A stretch of 64,000 nucleotides of DNA from Candidatus Uhrbacteria bacterium RIFCSPLOWO2_01_FULL_47_17 (lineage in GTDB: Bacteria; Patescibacteriota; Patescibacteriia; UBA9934; GWF2-40-263): the NCBI GenBank assembly GCA_001791305.1, contig MGEI01000005.1, positions 404,208-468,207 on the forward strand. The letters run 5' to 3'. Under the pieces are notes generated by a model that did no database searches, had not been told where the DNA came from, and saw only the letters and a list, made by a program, of their open reading frames with translations. Position numbers and translations under genes: made by a program. Positions 1 through 8,431 of this stretch are shown in pieces (positions within the stretch are counted from its first letter, which is position 1; each line of letters begins with the position of its first letter).

Positions 1-221
1 TTCTCCGCCTCGGAGTGTATGAATTGAAGTTTGCCGATGCGATTCCCGCAAAGGTCGCCATCAATGAAGCAATCGAACTCGCCAAAGGATTCGGTGGACA
101 GTCGAGCGGAAGATTTGTGAACGGAGTTCTTGGAGCGGTGTATAAAGATATGGTGGCGAAGGGAGAAGTGAAGAAGGTGGATTTGGAGGTGAAGGAGGAA
201 AAAGTAACTAATATTGGCTGA
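1..221 (+). CDS. nusB: Transcription antitermination factor NusB, C-terminal part (5' end lies outside the window)
   Basis: The translation ...[33 protein letters not shown] matches the conserved NusB C-terminal motif FVNGVLG. It is immediately followed by rnc. Confidence 0.55.
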   Translation, partial: LRLGVYELKFADAIPAKVAINEAIELAKGFGGQSSGRFVNGVLGAVYKDMVAKGEVKKVDLEVKEEKVTNIG

Positions 222-282
222 GCTTGTCGAAGCCTCGAAAAACGCATCTGGGCCTTCGACAGGCTCAGGCAATAACTTTTGT

Positions 283-978
283 ATGCCTAAAACCGAACTA
301 GCTGATCTCGAACAAACTCTTGGTGTTACGTTTCAGAATAAAGACACGTTACAACAAGCGCTTGTTCATCGATCGTATTTAAATGAACACCCAGACTTTC
401 GTTTGGGTCATAATGAACGTCTCGAGTTTCTCGGTGACGCAGTTCTCGAACTGGTCGTTACAGAACACTTGTACTCGCATTTTGAAAATCCAGAAGGGGA
501 ACTCACAAACTGGCGCGCGGCTCTTGTGAATGCGGAAATGCTCGCGGAGCTTTGTAATAAATTGGAAATTGAACCGTACTTACATTTGTCGCGAGGGGAA
601 TCAAAGGATACGGGATCAAAGGCGCGCAAATATATTCTCGCCAATGCCTTCGAAGCCATCATCGGATCGATTTACCTCGACCAAGGTTGGGTCGGCGCCA
701 AAAAGTTTATCGATGAGCGCGTGCTCTCTCAGCTTGATCGTATTTTGAAAGACCAATTACACATCGATCCAAAAAGCCGTTTTCAAGAAGCGGCACAAGA
801 ACATGAGGGTGTGACGCCTTCGTATAAAGTCTTGTCGGAAACGGGTCCAGATCATGCAAAAGAATTTATTGTTGGCGTGTTTATCGGTAAGGAACAGATC
901 GCGACAGGAACCGGAATGTCCAAGCAAGAGGCACAAGTTTCAGCTGCGCAGGCGGGGATTGCGGCGAAGGAGTGGTAA
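283..978 (+). CDS. rnc: Ribonuclease III
   Basis: Carries the RNase III signature HRSYLNEH...NERLEFLGDAVLELVVTEHLY and a C-terminal dsRBD (GPDHAKEFIVGV...GTGMSKQEAQVSAAQAG). The start was taken at M24 of the ORF (ATG at 283); an alternative ATG lies at 214. Confidence 0.85.
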   Translation: MPKTELADLEQTLGVTFQNKDTLQQALVHRSYLNEHPDFRLGHNERLEFLGDAVLELVVTEHLYSHFENPEGELTNWRAALVNAEMLAELCNKLEIEPYLHLSRGESKDTGSKARKYILANAFEAIIGSIYLDQGWVGAKKFIDERVLSQLDRILKDQLHIDPKSRFQEAAQEHEGVTPSYKVLSETGPDHAKEFIVGVFIGKEQIATGTGMSKQEAQVSAAQAGIAAKEW

Positions 979-1028
979 TTTTTGCGTCATCCTGAAGGAG
1001 TCAGACGACTGAAGGATCTCTCATGAAA

Positions 1029-1058
1029 ATCAAAATCGGCTCGTGTGAGCCGATTTTA
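1029..1058. terminator. Bidirectional hairpin terminator between rnc (+) and the hydrolase gene (-)
   Basis: AATCGGCTC-gtgt-GAGCCGATT stem-loop with flanking T/A runs. Confidence 0.5.
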
Positions 1059-1064
1059 AATTTG

Positions 1065-1667
1065 TCATTGCGAGGAGTTCGACGACGCGACAAGCTTGAG
1101 TACTGCCTCAAGCGCACTCGGCAATTCTTTTGTCCCTCCGTCTTCGGTGAAGTGTCCCATTGCGTGTTCAACGACAATTTTTGATCCAAGTTCGTCTCTA
1201 AATCGATCTTGATTATCCATTGGCACGAACGGATCATTGTCGGAGAAAATCGCGACAGAGTTTGGAAGGTGTGATTTTATTTTTTCGAGATTGAGGGGAG
1301 TTTCGAGCCAGTGTTTTTCGATGTCTTGTGATTCTTCTCCCTCCTCCGCAATATTTGTGAGTCTCGTTAAGAATCCAGCGACAAACACCGCACCACCAAC
1401 GCGAACGTTCTCGGGCAATGTCTCGAGATAGCGTACAATCGCCTGACATCCCATTGAGTGCCCGACAAAGAATGTTTGTTCGTCAGCGGTTCCAACAATC
1501 TCGGAAATTTTTGGAATCCAATTAAAAATGCGAGGACGAGCCGCATCCGGCATGTGAGGAGTGACGACTTCGAATCCTTGTTTCTTGAGTTCAGTTTTCA
1601 ACCAAGGGAGCCAACCTTCCTCCGGTGTACCATCCCAACCATGAATAATGAAAGCGCGTTTGTGCAT
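1065..1667 (-). CDS. Alpha/beta-fold serine hydrolase (YdeN/RBBP9-like)
   Basis: Has a GHSMG nucleophile elbow (FFVGHSMGCQAI), begins AFIIHGW, and is about 200 aa, as typical for this family. Confidence 0.5.
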   Translation of the reverse strand: MHKRAFIIHGWDGTPEEGWLPWLKTELKKQGFEVVTPHMPDAARPRIFNWIPKISEIVGTADEQTFFVGHSMGCQAIVRYLETLPENVRVGGAVFVAGFLTRLTNIAEEGEESQDIEKHWLETPLNLEKIKSHLPNSVAIFSDNDPFVPMDNQDRFRDELGSKIVVEHAMGHFTEDGGTKELPSALEAVLKLVASSNSSQ

Positions 1668-1702
1668 ATGGAAACAGAATAACAGATTGTGTCATTCGTT
1701 TG

Positions 1703-1726
1703 TAGGGGAGGGTCGTGACCCTCCCA
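1703..1726. repeat. Family-C palindromic element GTAGGGGAGGGTCGYGACCCTCCC (second copy at 32163)
   Basis: A near-identical palindrome recurs at 32163..32192 with a similar 3' flank (AATGC). It sits intergenic, downstream of the minus-strand gene 1761..2108, and probably acts as its terminator. Confidence 0.6.
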
Positions 1727-1760
1727 CACAAATGCATAGCATAAAAAAACTCCGAACAGG

Positions 1761-2108
1761 TTAGTCGGAGTTGACGCAAATAGATGATTCGACCAGATCA
1801 TGGAATTTCATGTGGTGTGAGAATCGATGACCTTCGAAATGAACTTCGATAACATTGCTTGTTTTTCCGTTTGCGTATGGTCGATGAATCTTGATGACGA
1901 TTCCGCGTGCGCCCTCTTCGGCGCCAAACTTTCCGTTTGCAATCACCATCTGACCGCGTTCGGCGCGCGCACGATTGTTTCGAATCGAATAATAAACCCC
2001 ACCAGTTTCTCGTTCAAGAAAAAAACCATTGACTTCTTCTGTGGCGATCCCAAACTCAGGTCGAATCGGAACCGGATCTTCATGAGCGTTTACGGTCGGT
2101 TTTATCAT
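1761..2108 (-). CDS. Hypothetical protein (115 aa)
   Basis: The ORF is intact and followed by the palindromic terminator. No family was recognised; a dUTPase/dCTP-deaminase-like beta-rich composition is only a guess. Confidence 0.3.
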   Translation of the reverse strand: MIKPTVNAHEDPVPIRPEFGIATEEVNGFFLERETGGVYYSIRNNRARAERGQMVIANGKFGAEEGARGIVIKIHRPYANGKTSNVIEVHFEGHRFSHHMKFHDLVESSICVNSD

Positions 2109-2227
2109 TGTGGTTTGCCTTTTTGGTTGGGGGGAAAGAGCGAAACGTAAAGGAAACGTATCAGAAGAATTGGTTTACGTCAACTGTCCGAATCAAAAAA
2201 AATACACCACGAAAAGTGATGTATTTT

Positions 2228-2302
2228 TGGTGCACCGGGCGGGGATCGAACCCGCGACCAAGAGATTAAGAGTCTCCTGCTCTACCGCTGAGCTACCGAT
2301 GC
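2228..2302 (-). tRNA. tRNA-Lys (anticodon CUU)
   Basis: The reverse complement GCATCGGTAGCTCAGCGGTAGAGCAGGAGACTCTTAATCTCTTGGTCGCGGGTTCGATCCCCGCCCGGTGCACCA folds as a cloverleaf. It has a 7-bp acceptor stem, a GGAGA/TCTCT anticodon stem with loop CTCTTAA giving anticodon CTT, a TTCGATC T-loop and an encoded CCA. Confidence 0.85.
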
Positions 2303-2377
2303 ATGTGCGTCGAAATAATACTGAATTGATTGACGGACGTCAATATTTGCATTATGATTCCGCTGTTCGAGGAATAT

Positions 2378-2454
2378 GCGAGCGTAGCTCAGCTGGATAG
2401 AGCGCGTGGCTTCGAACCACGAGGTCGGGGGTTCGAGCCCCTCCGCTCGCACCA
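2378..2454 (+). tRNA. tRNA-Arg (anticodon UCG)
   Basis: GCGAGCGTAGCTCAGCTGGATAGAGCGCGTGGCTTCGAACCACGAGGTCGGGGGTTCGAGCCCCTCCGCTCGCACCA. The acceptor stem GCGAGCG/CGCTCGC pairs, the anticodon stem is CGTGG/CCACG with loop CTTCGAA giving TCG, the T-loop is TTCGAGC and CCA is encoded. Confidence 0.85.
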
Positions 2455-2566
2455 CAAAAGCACCACGATTAGTGGCGCTTTTTTGTTTCCTGGAATCTTG
2501 ACATTTTTGGAAAAATTTGATAGTTTCCATTCATCGTTCCTTTTGATTTCCACATGAAGGGAGGTT

Positions 2567-3094
2567 GTGATGGCCGCAGATAGAGATTGGAATCTCCAGT
2601 TTGTTCTTCCTCGAATCGTGTTTTTGGTCTTGTGTCTTGTTGGTGGATTCGGATTGTTTCACGCAAGTCGAGTGATCAAAATCCCTTCTTCGTTCATGGA
2701 ACCAACAGGTGATCCGATTTCACCACCTTCTTCCAATCCTCAACCGTCCGCTCTGCTCTCTATGCCCGTGCTTACGGAAGCGCAGATGAGGCAAGCGATT
2801 GCATCTGATTTGAAGATTCAAGCTGGTCCTTGCAGAGGGTACCCTGGAACCGAACAAATCATTGCGAACATTTGCGATGACGGAAACGGATCGTTCTTTG
2901 TCATGCTGAATCCAAACGCCCCACCAACGCTTCGGATCGCGCATCTCATGGAACGCGTTCGTTCCTACAAGCGCGATTTTCCTGATCGACGTATCCTTGG
3001 TGTGACACCGGTGACAGACACACTTTGCGAAGAGAATAATTGCGCGCATATCATGTACGGCGCGTACGGTCGGTACGAAGTTGTTCAAAAGTGA
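2567..3094 (+). CDS. Hypothetical membrane-anchored protein
   Basis: Has an N-terminal TM helix (IVFLVLCLVGGFGLF) followed by a Pro/Ser-rich linker. A hairpin plus T-run follows the stop (3101..3128). Confidence 0.4.
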   Translation: MMAADRDWNLQFVLPRIVFLVLCLVGGFGLFHASRVIKIPSSFMEPTGDPISPPSSNPQPSALLSMPVLTEAQMRQAIASDLKIQAGPCRGYPGTEQIIANICDDGNGSFFVMLNPNAPPTLRIAHLMERVRSYKRDFPDRRILGVTPVTDTLCEENNCAHIMYGAYGRYEVVQK

Positions 3095-3163
3095 TTTCTC
3101 AACAGTCTCCGCGTGAGGCTGTTTTTTATTTTTTGGACAAAGAAAAAAACGCACCGGGGTGCG

Positions 3164-3547
3164 TTAGAAGGTGGAAGGCCGAGGCGTCATGGAAGAGTTT
3201 GGAGCGGTGTATCCCGCTGCGGGTTCGTTCATGCGGCGTTCGGTGTACTTGACCGCGGAAGAACCTGACACGGCGCGATACGAACCGGACGGGCGACCAG
3301 AGCTCACGAACTTCGTGTTCGTGTCGAGCGTACGGGTTTCGATCTTGATGGTCGGGAAGCGACCCTTGAGCTTGTCATAGGCGCGTCGATGGCACGCAGG
3401 AATGAGATCTGCGCGTGCGGTCGACGGCGTCTTGTGGACGTGGCCGATCGGACGCGTACCGCCCAGGGCGAAAATCGGAACGATGTTTTCTTCGTACGCG
3501 TATTTTTCGCACCCGAGACACTTTTCAGCTTGACCCTGACTTGGCAT
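3164..3547 (-). CDS. Small Cys/His-rich zinc-ribbon protein (HNH-like?), 127 aa
   Basis: AAGGAAA SD before the ATG (MPSQGQAEKCLGCEKY...IGHVHKTP...IPACHRRAYDKLKG). It has its own TTGACA-N17-TATTCT promoter (3655..3683 on the minus strand) and a hairpin plus T7 terminator (3141..3165). The GC content is higher than in flanking DNA. Confidence 0.4.
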   Translation of the reverse strand: MPSQGQAEKCLGCEKYAYEENIVPIFALGGTRPIGHVHKTPSTARADLIPACHRRAYDKLKGRFPTIKIETRTLDTNTKFVSSGRPSGSYRAVSGSSAVKYTERRMNEPAAGYTAPNSSMTPRPSTF

Positions 3548-3654
3548 GAGGATTTCCTTGTGGAAGTCCACCAAAAGCAATTAATCTGCCACATGACAGA
3601 TGTCCGCCTTTGGCGGGGTGAGGGTTGAAAGAACCAGGCACTAGGGATTTCGAT

Positions 3655-3683
3655 AGAATACGTGCGCTAGATTATTTTGTCAA
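3655..3683 (-). promoter_or_regulatory. Sigma70-like promoter TTGACA-N17-TATTCT for the zinc-ribbon gene
   Basis: Minus-strand sequence TTGACAaaataatctagcgcacgTATTCT. The same consensus is seen at 27825, 29227, 39731..39759 and 52489. Confidence 0.45.
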
Positions 3684-3696
3684 AGCTTCCGGTGTG

Positions 3697-3718
3697 AATA
3701 AAAAAAGACCCGGGCAGG
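3697..3718 (-). terminator. Rho-independent terminator of the GNAT-like gene
   Basis: Minus-strand GACCCtgcccGGGTC followed by TTTTTTT. Confidence 0.5.
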
Positions 3719-3727
3719 GTCGAAGGG

Positions 3728-4441
3728 TCAGGAGGGTTTTGTGATGCGCGAATCGATAGATCGCTCCGGCTTGCCGACCCGTTGCCAGGTCGGGAACGGA
3801 ACGCGCACGCGGCAGGACTGATTCTTGAGCGGGCATTTCATGTTGTTGTGCGTCCCTGTTTTTTCAAACGGGCATACACAAGTCGCCTTATGCGTTTTCT
3901 TCGGCAGCGACGCGTACGAAATCATCTGCATGCCATGACGCATGCCAAGATGAATGGCGGCGAGGTTCGTCGTGGTCGCAAGAATGTTCTTGCTTTGGTT
4001 CTCTGAGAGGATGCGACGATAAAGCGCGTCTGCAATCGGCATATGACGACTGCCATGATAGCGATAGTCAGGATGAACCCAGAGCGTGCCGAGTTCGAAC
4101 CAGTCGCGATCCTGTTCGTCTCGACCAAGGTGCCAAAGCGCGATGCATCCGACGACGAGGTAGTTGAGTCGTGTATCAACAGCGATGATGATGTGATGCT
4201 GGTCCGCAACGGTCCGAAGTTCGAGACTCGTCTTTGTGAGCAGGTGTTCTTCATTTTGCGTTGCGTCAACGACTTGCGGAATCCACCAAGCAAAACGCTT
4301 GAGAGCTGATCCAGAGAGGTATTGAATTCCCGGTGTGCGAAACGTGTCGAACAGATTTGCGGGCGTGGTGCCAAGCGAGCTTGTTTGGAACACCGCGAGC
4401 AAATCTTTGCGTGTTTGCGGATTAAACAACGATGGGATCAT
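3728..4441 (-). CDS. GNAT-like acyltransferase with a Cys-rich C-terminal tail
   Basis: GNAT motif-A-like segment WVHPDYRYHGSRHMPIADALYRRIL and a C-terminal CVCPFEKTGTHNNMKCPLKNQSCRVRV. The start was chosen at the internal Met preceded by GGAGGA; the longer ORF reaches 4585 but would overlap the divergent gene. Confidence 0.4.
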   Translation of the reverse strand: MIPSLFNPQTRKDLLAVFQTSSLGTTPANLFDTFRTPGIQYLSGSALKRFAWWIPQVVDATQNEEHLLTKTSLELRTVADQHHIIIAVDTRLNYLVVGCIALWHLGRDEQDRDWFELGTLWVHPDYRYHGSRHMPIADALYRRILSENQSKNILATTTNLAAIHLGMRHGMQMISYASLPKKTHKATCVCPFEKTGTHNNMKCPLKNQSCRVRVPFPTWQRVGKPERSIDSRITKPS

Positions 4442-4527
4442 GATTCCTCCGTGCATGAGCCAAAGGAGAATATCGGAATCATTGGAAAGTTGCAAGACGC
4501 GTACCACTTCTTTATGATACAGAACAT

Positions 4528-5427
4528 ATGATCGAAGCCATCTCAGAATCCATTGCAAAAGTTGTTGGGGCGCAAAAAGGTCCAACGATTGTGGTGATGG
4601 GCGGAATTCACGGAAATGAACGTACAGGTGTTGAGGTCGTAAAAAAACTTGCGTATCAGTTTGAACATAGCGAAATCAATCTTGCGTCAGGAGTGTTGTA
4701 TTTGATTTTAGGAAATCCAAAAGCGATTGAGCGTGATACCCGGGGGAGTGAAGACCATGCGGATTTGAATCGTTGTTTTAAACGCGACGTTCTCGAATGC
4801 ATTCCCGAAACGTACGAACAGACGCGCGCTCAAGAGATCGCAAAGATTCTCGCCACAGCCGACATCTCAATCGACCTTCACGCCACAAACAAACCTTCCG
4901 TCCCGTTTCTTTGCTGCGCCGTCGACGAGGCACACGAAAAAATTTACCAATGGTTTGACTGCGACCGCGTCCTCGCTGATCCACGCTACATCCTCGGCGG
5001 CGAGCCTGTGACGACGGACGAGTTTATCGATCTCAACGGTGGAGTCGGAATTTGTTATGAGACTGGACAGTCGAAGGATTTGAGTCGCATTGACGAGGTG
5101 TTGAGTGATGTGAGGGATGTGTTGAGGGATCAGAACATGATCGCGGCTATGGCCCCCTCTCCCTTCGAGGGAGAGGGCGGGGGGAGAGGGGTCACACGAT
5201 CTGTTTATGAACTCGTCTCCGTCATCAATCTCACCGAAGCTGGATTTCGATACGAAGGAACTCTCGGTGGCGGGTCGTTCGAGGAATTCACTTCTGGCCA
5301 AACGATCGGCTACATCGGTGATAAACCCGTGGTTGCCGAGTTTGATGGCGTGATCGTGTTCCCAAAGATTCCGGAATTGCAGACCTTTGGGAAGCCGGTG
5401 GTGTATCTCGCAAAGAAAATCAAGTAA
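4528..5427 (+). CDS. Succinylglutamate desuccinylase/aspartoacylase (AstE/AspA) family zinc hydrolase
   Basis: VVMGGIHGNERTG signature and the HADLNRCF region. It carries an in-frame family-A repeat at 5152..5195 that encodes PSPFEGEGGGRGV. Confidence 0.6.
   Translation: MIEAISESIAKVVGAQKGPTIVVMGGIHGNERTGVEVVKKLAYQFEHSEINLASGVLYLILGNPKAIERDTRGSEDHADLNRCFKRDVLECIPETYEQTRAQEIAKILATADISIDLHATNKPSVPFLCCAVDEAHEKIYQWFDCDRVLADPRYILGGEPVTTDEFIDLNGGVGICYETGQSKDLSRIDEVLSDVRDVLRDQNMIAAMAPSPFEGEGGGRGVTRSVYELVSVINLTEAGFRYEGTLGGGSFEEFTSGQTIGYIGDKPVVAEFDGVIVFPKIPELQTFGKPVVYLAKKIK
5152..5195. repeat. Family-A palindromic/G-tract element (GCCCCCTCTCCCTTCGAGGGAGAGGGCGGGGGGAGAGGGGTCAC), in frame within a CDS
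   Basis: A near-identical copy lies at 24672..24715 inside the ComEC-like gene. Related copies lie at 29402..29445, 36916..36960 and 35402..35440. Confidence 0.75.
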
Positions 5428-5445
5428 TGTTACTATCTGTCTGTT

Positions 5446-6714
5446 ATGAAATATTCAAATTGTTTTGCGAAAACGTCTAAAATGGCGCCGGCGGATGCGG
5501 ATTCGGCGAATGCCAAATTCCTTGTTCAAGCCGGGTTTGTGGATCAGACCATGGCCGGGGTTTATACCTGGTTGCCGTTCGGATTGTCTGTGCTTCGTAA
5601 AGTTGAACAGATTGTCCGCGAAGAAATGAATGCGCTCGGAGCTCTTGAGATTTTTATGCCGTCCCTTCATCCAAAAGAATTTTGGGAGGCAACCAATCGT
5701 TGGGACAATGTAGGCTTTCATTTTAAAACTCATTCGCAAACAGACAAAGATTACGCGCTCGGCGCAAGTCATGAAGAAGTTGTGACGCCACTCGTGAAGA
5801 AATTTATTGAGTCGTATAAGAGTTTGCCGTTTGCAACATACCAGATCAACACAAAGTTTCGTGACGAGCTTCGAGCGAAGTCCGGCGTGCTTCGTGGTCG
5901 AGAATTCCGCATGAAAGACATGTACAGCTTTCACACGAACCAAGAAGATCTTTCCGCATTTTATCAGAAGACTCTCGAGGCATACGTTCGTGCGTACAAC
6001 CGATGTGGTCTCAACGTAAAAGTTGCTGAAGCAAGTGGAGGCGTTTTTACAAAGAACATGTCGCACGAGTTTCAAGCATTGACGGATGCGGGTGAAGATA
6101 CGATTCTTGCATGTTCGAAGTGTGAATTCGGACAGAACGTCGAAGTTGCAACGGTAAAGGATGGAGACGCGTGTCCAAAATGTGGAAGTTCGATTGTGAC
6201 CGTGAAGGGAATTGAGATCGGAAATATTTTTGATCTTGGAACAAAATACTCGGACGCCTTCGACCTGAACTTCACGGATGAAAATGGCGAGCGCAAAAAA
6301 GTTTTGATGGGATGTTATGGAATCGGAACTTCGAGATTGGTCGGCGCAATCGTTGAGGCGTGTCATGATGAAAAGGGAATGATCTGGCCAAAGTCTGTTG
6401 CGCCATTCCAGGTTCATCTTGTGACACTCAACAGCAAAGACGATGCGGTTCGCGAGAACATCATGGGAACGGCTGATGACCTTGTGCGAGATCTCGAAGC
6501 ACAAGGTGTTGAGGTTCTCTGGGATGATCGCGAGGATGTGTCTCCGGGCGCCAAGTTCGCGGACGCAGATTTGATCGGCGCGCCACTTCGTGTGATTGTT
6601 TCCGAGAAGTCATTGAAAGAAGAATCGGTTGAATGGAAAGAACGCGCAGGAACAGAAAGCCGATTGGTGAAATTGGCGGATGTATTGGAAGAAATAAAAG
6701 AATTCGTGAAATAA
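5446..6714 (+). CDS. proS: Prolyl-tRNA synthetase (short form without the INS editing domain)
   Basis: N-terminus SNCFAKTSKMAPADADSANAKFLVQAGFVDQ...YTWLPFGLSV, class II motifs (FRDELRAKSGVLRGREFRMKDMYSFH) and a CxxC...CxxC mini-insertion (CSKCEFG...CPKCGS) where bacterial INS domains normally sit. Confidence 0.85.
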   Translation: MKYSNCFAKTSKMAPADADSANAKFLVQAGFVDQTMAGVYTWLPFGLSVLRKVEQIVREEMNALGALEIFMPSLHPKEFWEATNRWDNVGFHFKTHSQTDKDYALGASHEEVVTPLVKKFIESYKSLPFATYQINTKFRDELRAKSGVLRGREFRMKDMYSFHTNQEDLSAFYQKTLEAYVRAYNRCGLNVKVAEASGGVFTKNMSHEFQALTDAGEDTILACSKCEFGQNVEVATVKDGDACPKCGSSIVTVKGIEIGNIFDLGTKYSDAFDLNFTDENGERKKVLMGCYGIGTSRLVGAIVEACHDEKGMIWPKSVAPFQVHLVTLNSKDDAVRENIMGTADDLVRDLEAQGVEVLWDDREDVSPGAKFADADLIGAPLRVIVSEKSLKEESVEWKERAGTESRLVKLADVLEEIKEFVK

Positions 6715-6721
6715 ACGGATA

Positions 6722-6750
6722 ATAGGCGGGGTCTCTGACCCCGCTTTTTG
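6722..6750. repeat. Family-B palindrome ATAGGCGGGGTCtctgACCCCGC plus T-run (terminator of proS)
   Basis: The same element recurs at 22715, 26057 and 34038. Here it is followed by TTTTTG right after the proS stop. Confidence 0.6.
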
Positions 6751-6824
6751 TATTGACAAAATGCCGAAAATCGGGTAGTATTCGACCTCGTCTAAAAACG
6801 ATTTGGCGAGCGGGAGGAAGGAAT

Positions 6825-8141
6825 ATGTACGACGTCATCGTAGTCGGCGGTGGAGTTTCTGGAACGGCTTTGCTCTGGGTTTTGTCTCATTACTCGAGCG
6901 CAAAGCGTATTTTGTTCATTGAACGACGCAAGGGCGTTGGAATGGTGAACTCGAACGTCACGAACAATTCGCAGACGCTTCACAAGGGCGACATCGAAAG
7001 CAACTATGCGCTCGACAAAGCGCTCCAAGTGAAGTGGGGTGCGGATCTGCTCAGCGCGTTTGTGGACGAGCATTTGCCGCACGGCAAGCTCGTGATTCCA
7101 AAGCAATTGATCGCCGTCGATCATGAAATCGACGAACTTACGACTCGGTTCCACGCGTTCAAGTCGCACTATCCGGACATCCAACTCCTTGATCGAGAAG
7201 GCATTGCCGCGCTCGAGCCGAAGGTGATGGAAGGTCGTGATCCGAATCAAAAGATCGCGTCGCTCTACAGTCCTCGCGGTCACGCCGTGAACTATCATCT
7301 GCTCGCGGAGAAGTTTCTCGAGCTCGCGCGCCAAGGCGGTGCCGAGATCGATGTGCTTTACAACACGTCCGTTCAAAGCATCGATCGCGCTGCGCATGGA
7401 TTCAATGTGAAAGCGGACGGCGTCATTCATTCGGCGAAGTTTGTGAACGTATCGGCAGGATCGGCGAGCCTCTTGTTCGCTCATGCTCTCGGTTACGAAC
7501 AGGATCTCGCACTTCTTCCCGTTGCCGGCAGTTTTTACACCAACAAGCGTGTTGGTGGATTGCTGCAAGGCAAGGTGTACACCATGCAGAATCCGAAGCT
7601 GCCGTTTGCGGCTGTGCACGGAGATCCAGCGGTGTACAACACGGACGAAACACGTTTCGGTCCGACCGCTCGGCCGCTTCCGCTCCTCGAGCGCGACTCG
7701 TGGCGGACGCTCGCCGAGTTTCTCGACATCGGCACCATAACGCCGCGCGGAATCTGGAGTCTTCTGAAGATCGTCTGCGATCCAACCATCGGCAAGTTCG
7801 CCGCCTGGAATATGGTGTTCGACCTCCCGTGGATCGGCACGCATGCATTCCTGCGCGACGCGCGCAAGATCGTGCCAAGCCTCGGTATCGACGACATCAT
7901 GCTCGACAAAGGCGCAGGCGGTGTGCGCGGTCAGCCGTTCAGTCTCGTCACCGGTCAGATCGTGAAAGGTCGCGATCGCTTCATTCCAAAGGACGCGCCC
8001 ATCGCGTTCACGCTCGCTCCTTCGCCAGGTGCATCGTACTGCCTCGGCAACGCGGTCGAACTCTCGCGCGCGATCGCAGAGCGCACGTCGATCCAGTTCG
8101 ACGAACGGCGTCTCCTTGCAGATCTCCATCCTGCGATGTAA
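6825..8141 (+). CDS. mqo: Malate:quinone oxidoreductase
   Basis: MYDVIVVGGGVSGTAL FAD motif, the Mqo-specific SNVTNNSQTLHKGDIESNY (cf. [21 protein letters not shown]), PKVMEGRDPNQKIA and C-terminal APSPGAS. GGAGGAAGG SD precedes the ATG at 6825. Confidence 0.8.
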   Translation: MYDVIVVGGGVSGTALLWVLSHYSSAKRILFIERRKGVGMVNSNVTNNSQTLHKGDIESNYALDKALQVKWGADLLSAFVDEHLPHGKLVIPKQLIAVDHEIDELTTRFHAFKSHYPDIQLLDREGIAALEPKVMEGRDPNQKIASLYSPRGHAVNYHLLAEKFLELARQGGAEIDVLYNTSVQSIDRAAHGFNVKADGVIHSAKFVNVSAGSASLLFAHALGYEQDLALLPVAGSFYTNKRVGGLLQGKVYTMQNPKLPFAAVHGDPAVYNTDETRFGPTARPLPLLERDSWRTLAEFLDIGTITPRGIWSLLKIVCDPTIGKFAAWNMVFDLPWIGTHAFLRDARKIVPSLGIDDIMLDKGAGGVRGQPFSLVTGQIVKGRDRFIPKDAPIAFTLAPSPGASYCLGNAVELSRAIAERTSIQFDERRLLADLHPAM

Positions 8142-8145
8142 TTCT

Positions 8146-8178
8146 CTTCTAAGAGTCTCTGATGAGACTCTTTTTTCT
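8146..8178 (+). terminator. Rho-independent terminator after mqo
   Basis: AGAGTCTCtgatgGAGACTCT followed by TTTTTT. Confidence 0.6.
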
Positions 8179-8431
8179 TTACGTTTGTGGTGCATGGACG
8201 GCTCGCGAACCGCCCCTACGTTGACAAACCTCTTTTTTTCTGCTTTACTAGAATTAGTATGAACTTATTTTTTGCTCACATCACAGGGAAACCAATGTTC
8301 GCCGATTACTCCGTCGAACGTACTTTTATTTTCCCGGTTTGTGATGCATTGATTTAAGGTATTTTCCTAGAATCAGTCCAAGATCAACCCGGGAAACCGG
8401 GTTGTTTTGTTTGTAGTGCATCGATGAACTG

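Noticed and set aside
2110-2557. Several short ORFs across the tRNA region
   Set aside because: They overlap the tRNA-Lys and tRNA-Arg genes, for example a frame translating through the T-arm sequence. They are spurious.
5455-6504. 349-aa minus-strand ORF
   Set aside because: Antisense to proS.
6792-8195. 467-aa ORF on the minus strand
   Set aside because: It is an antisense shadow of the GC-rich mqo gene, which has clear FAD and Mqo motifs on the plus strand. It has no recognisable motifs and a Arg/Ser-rich composition.
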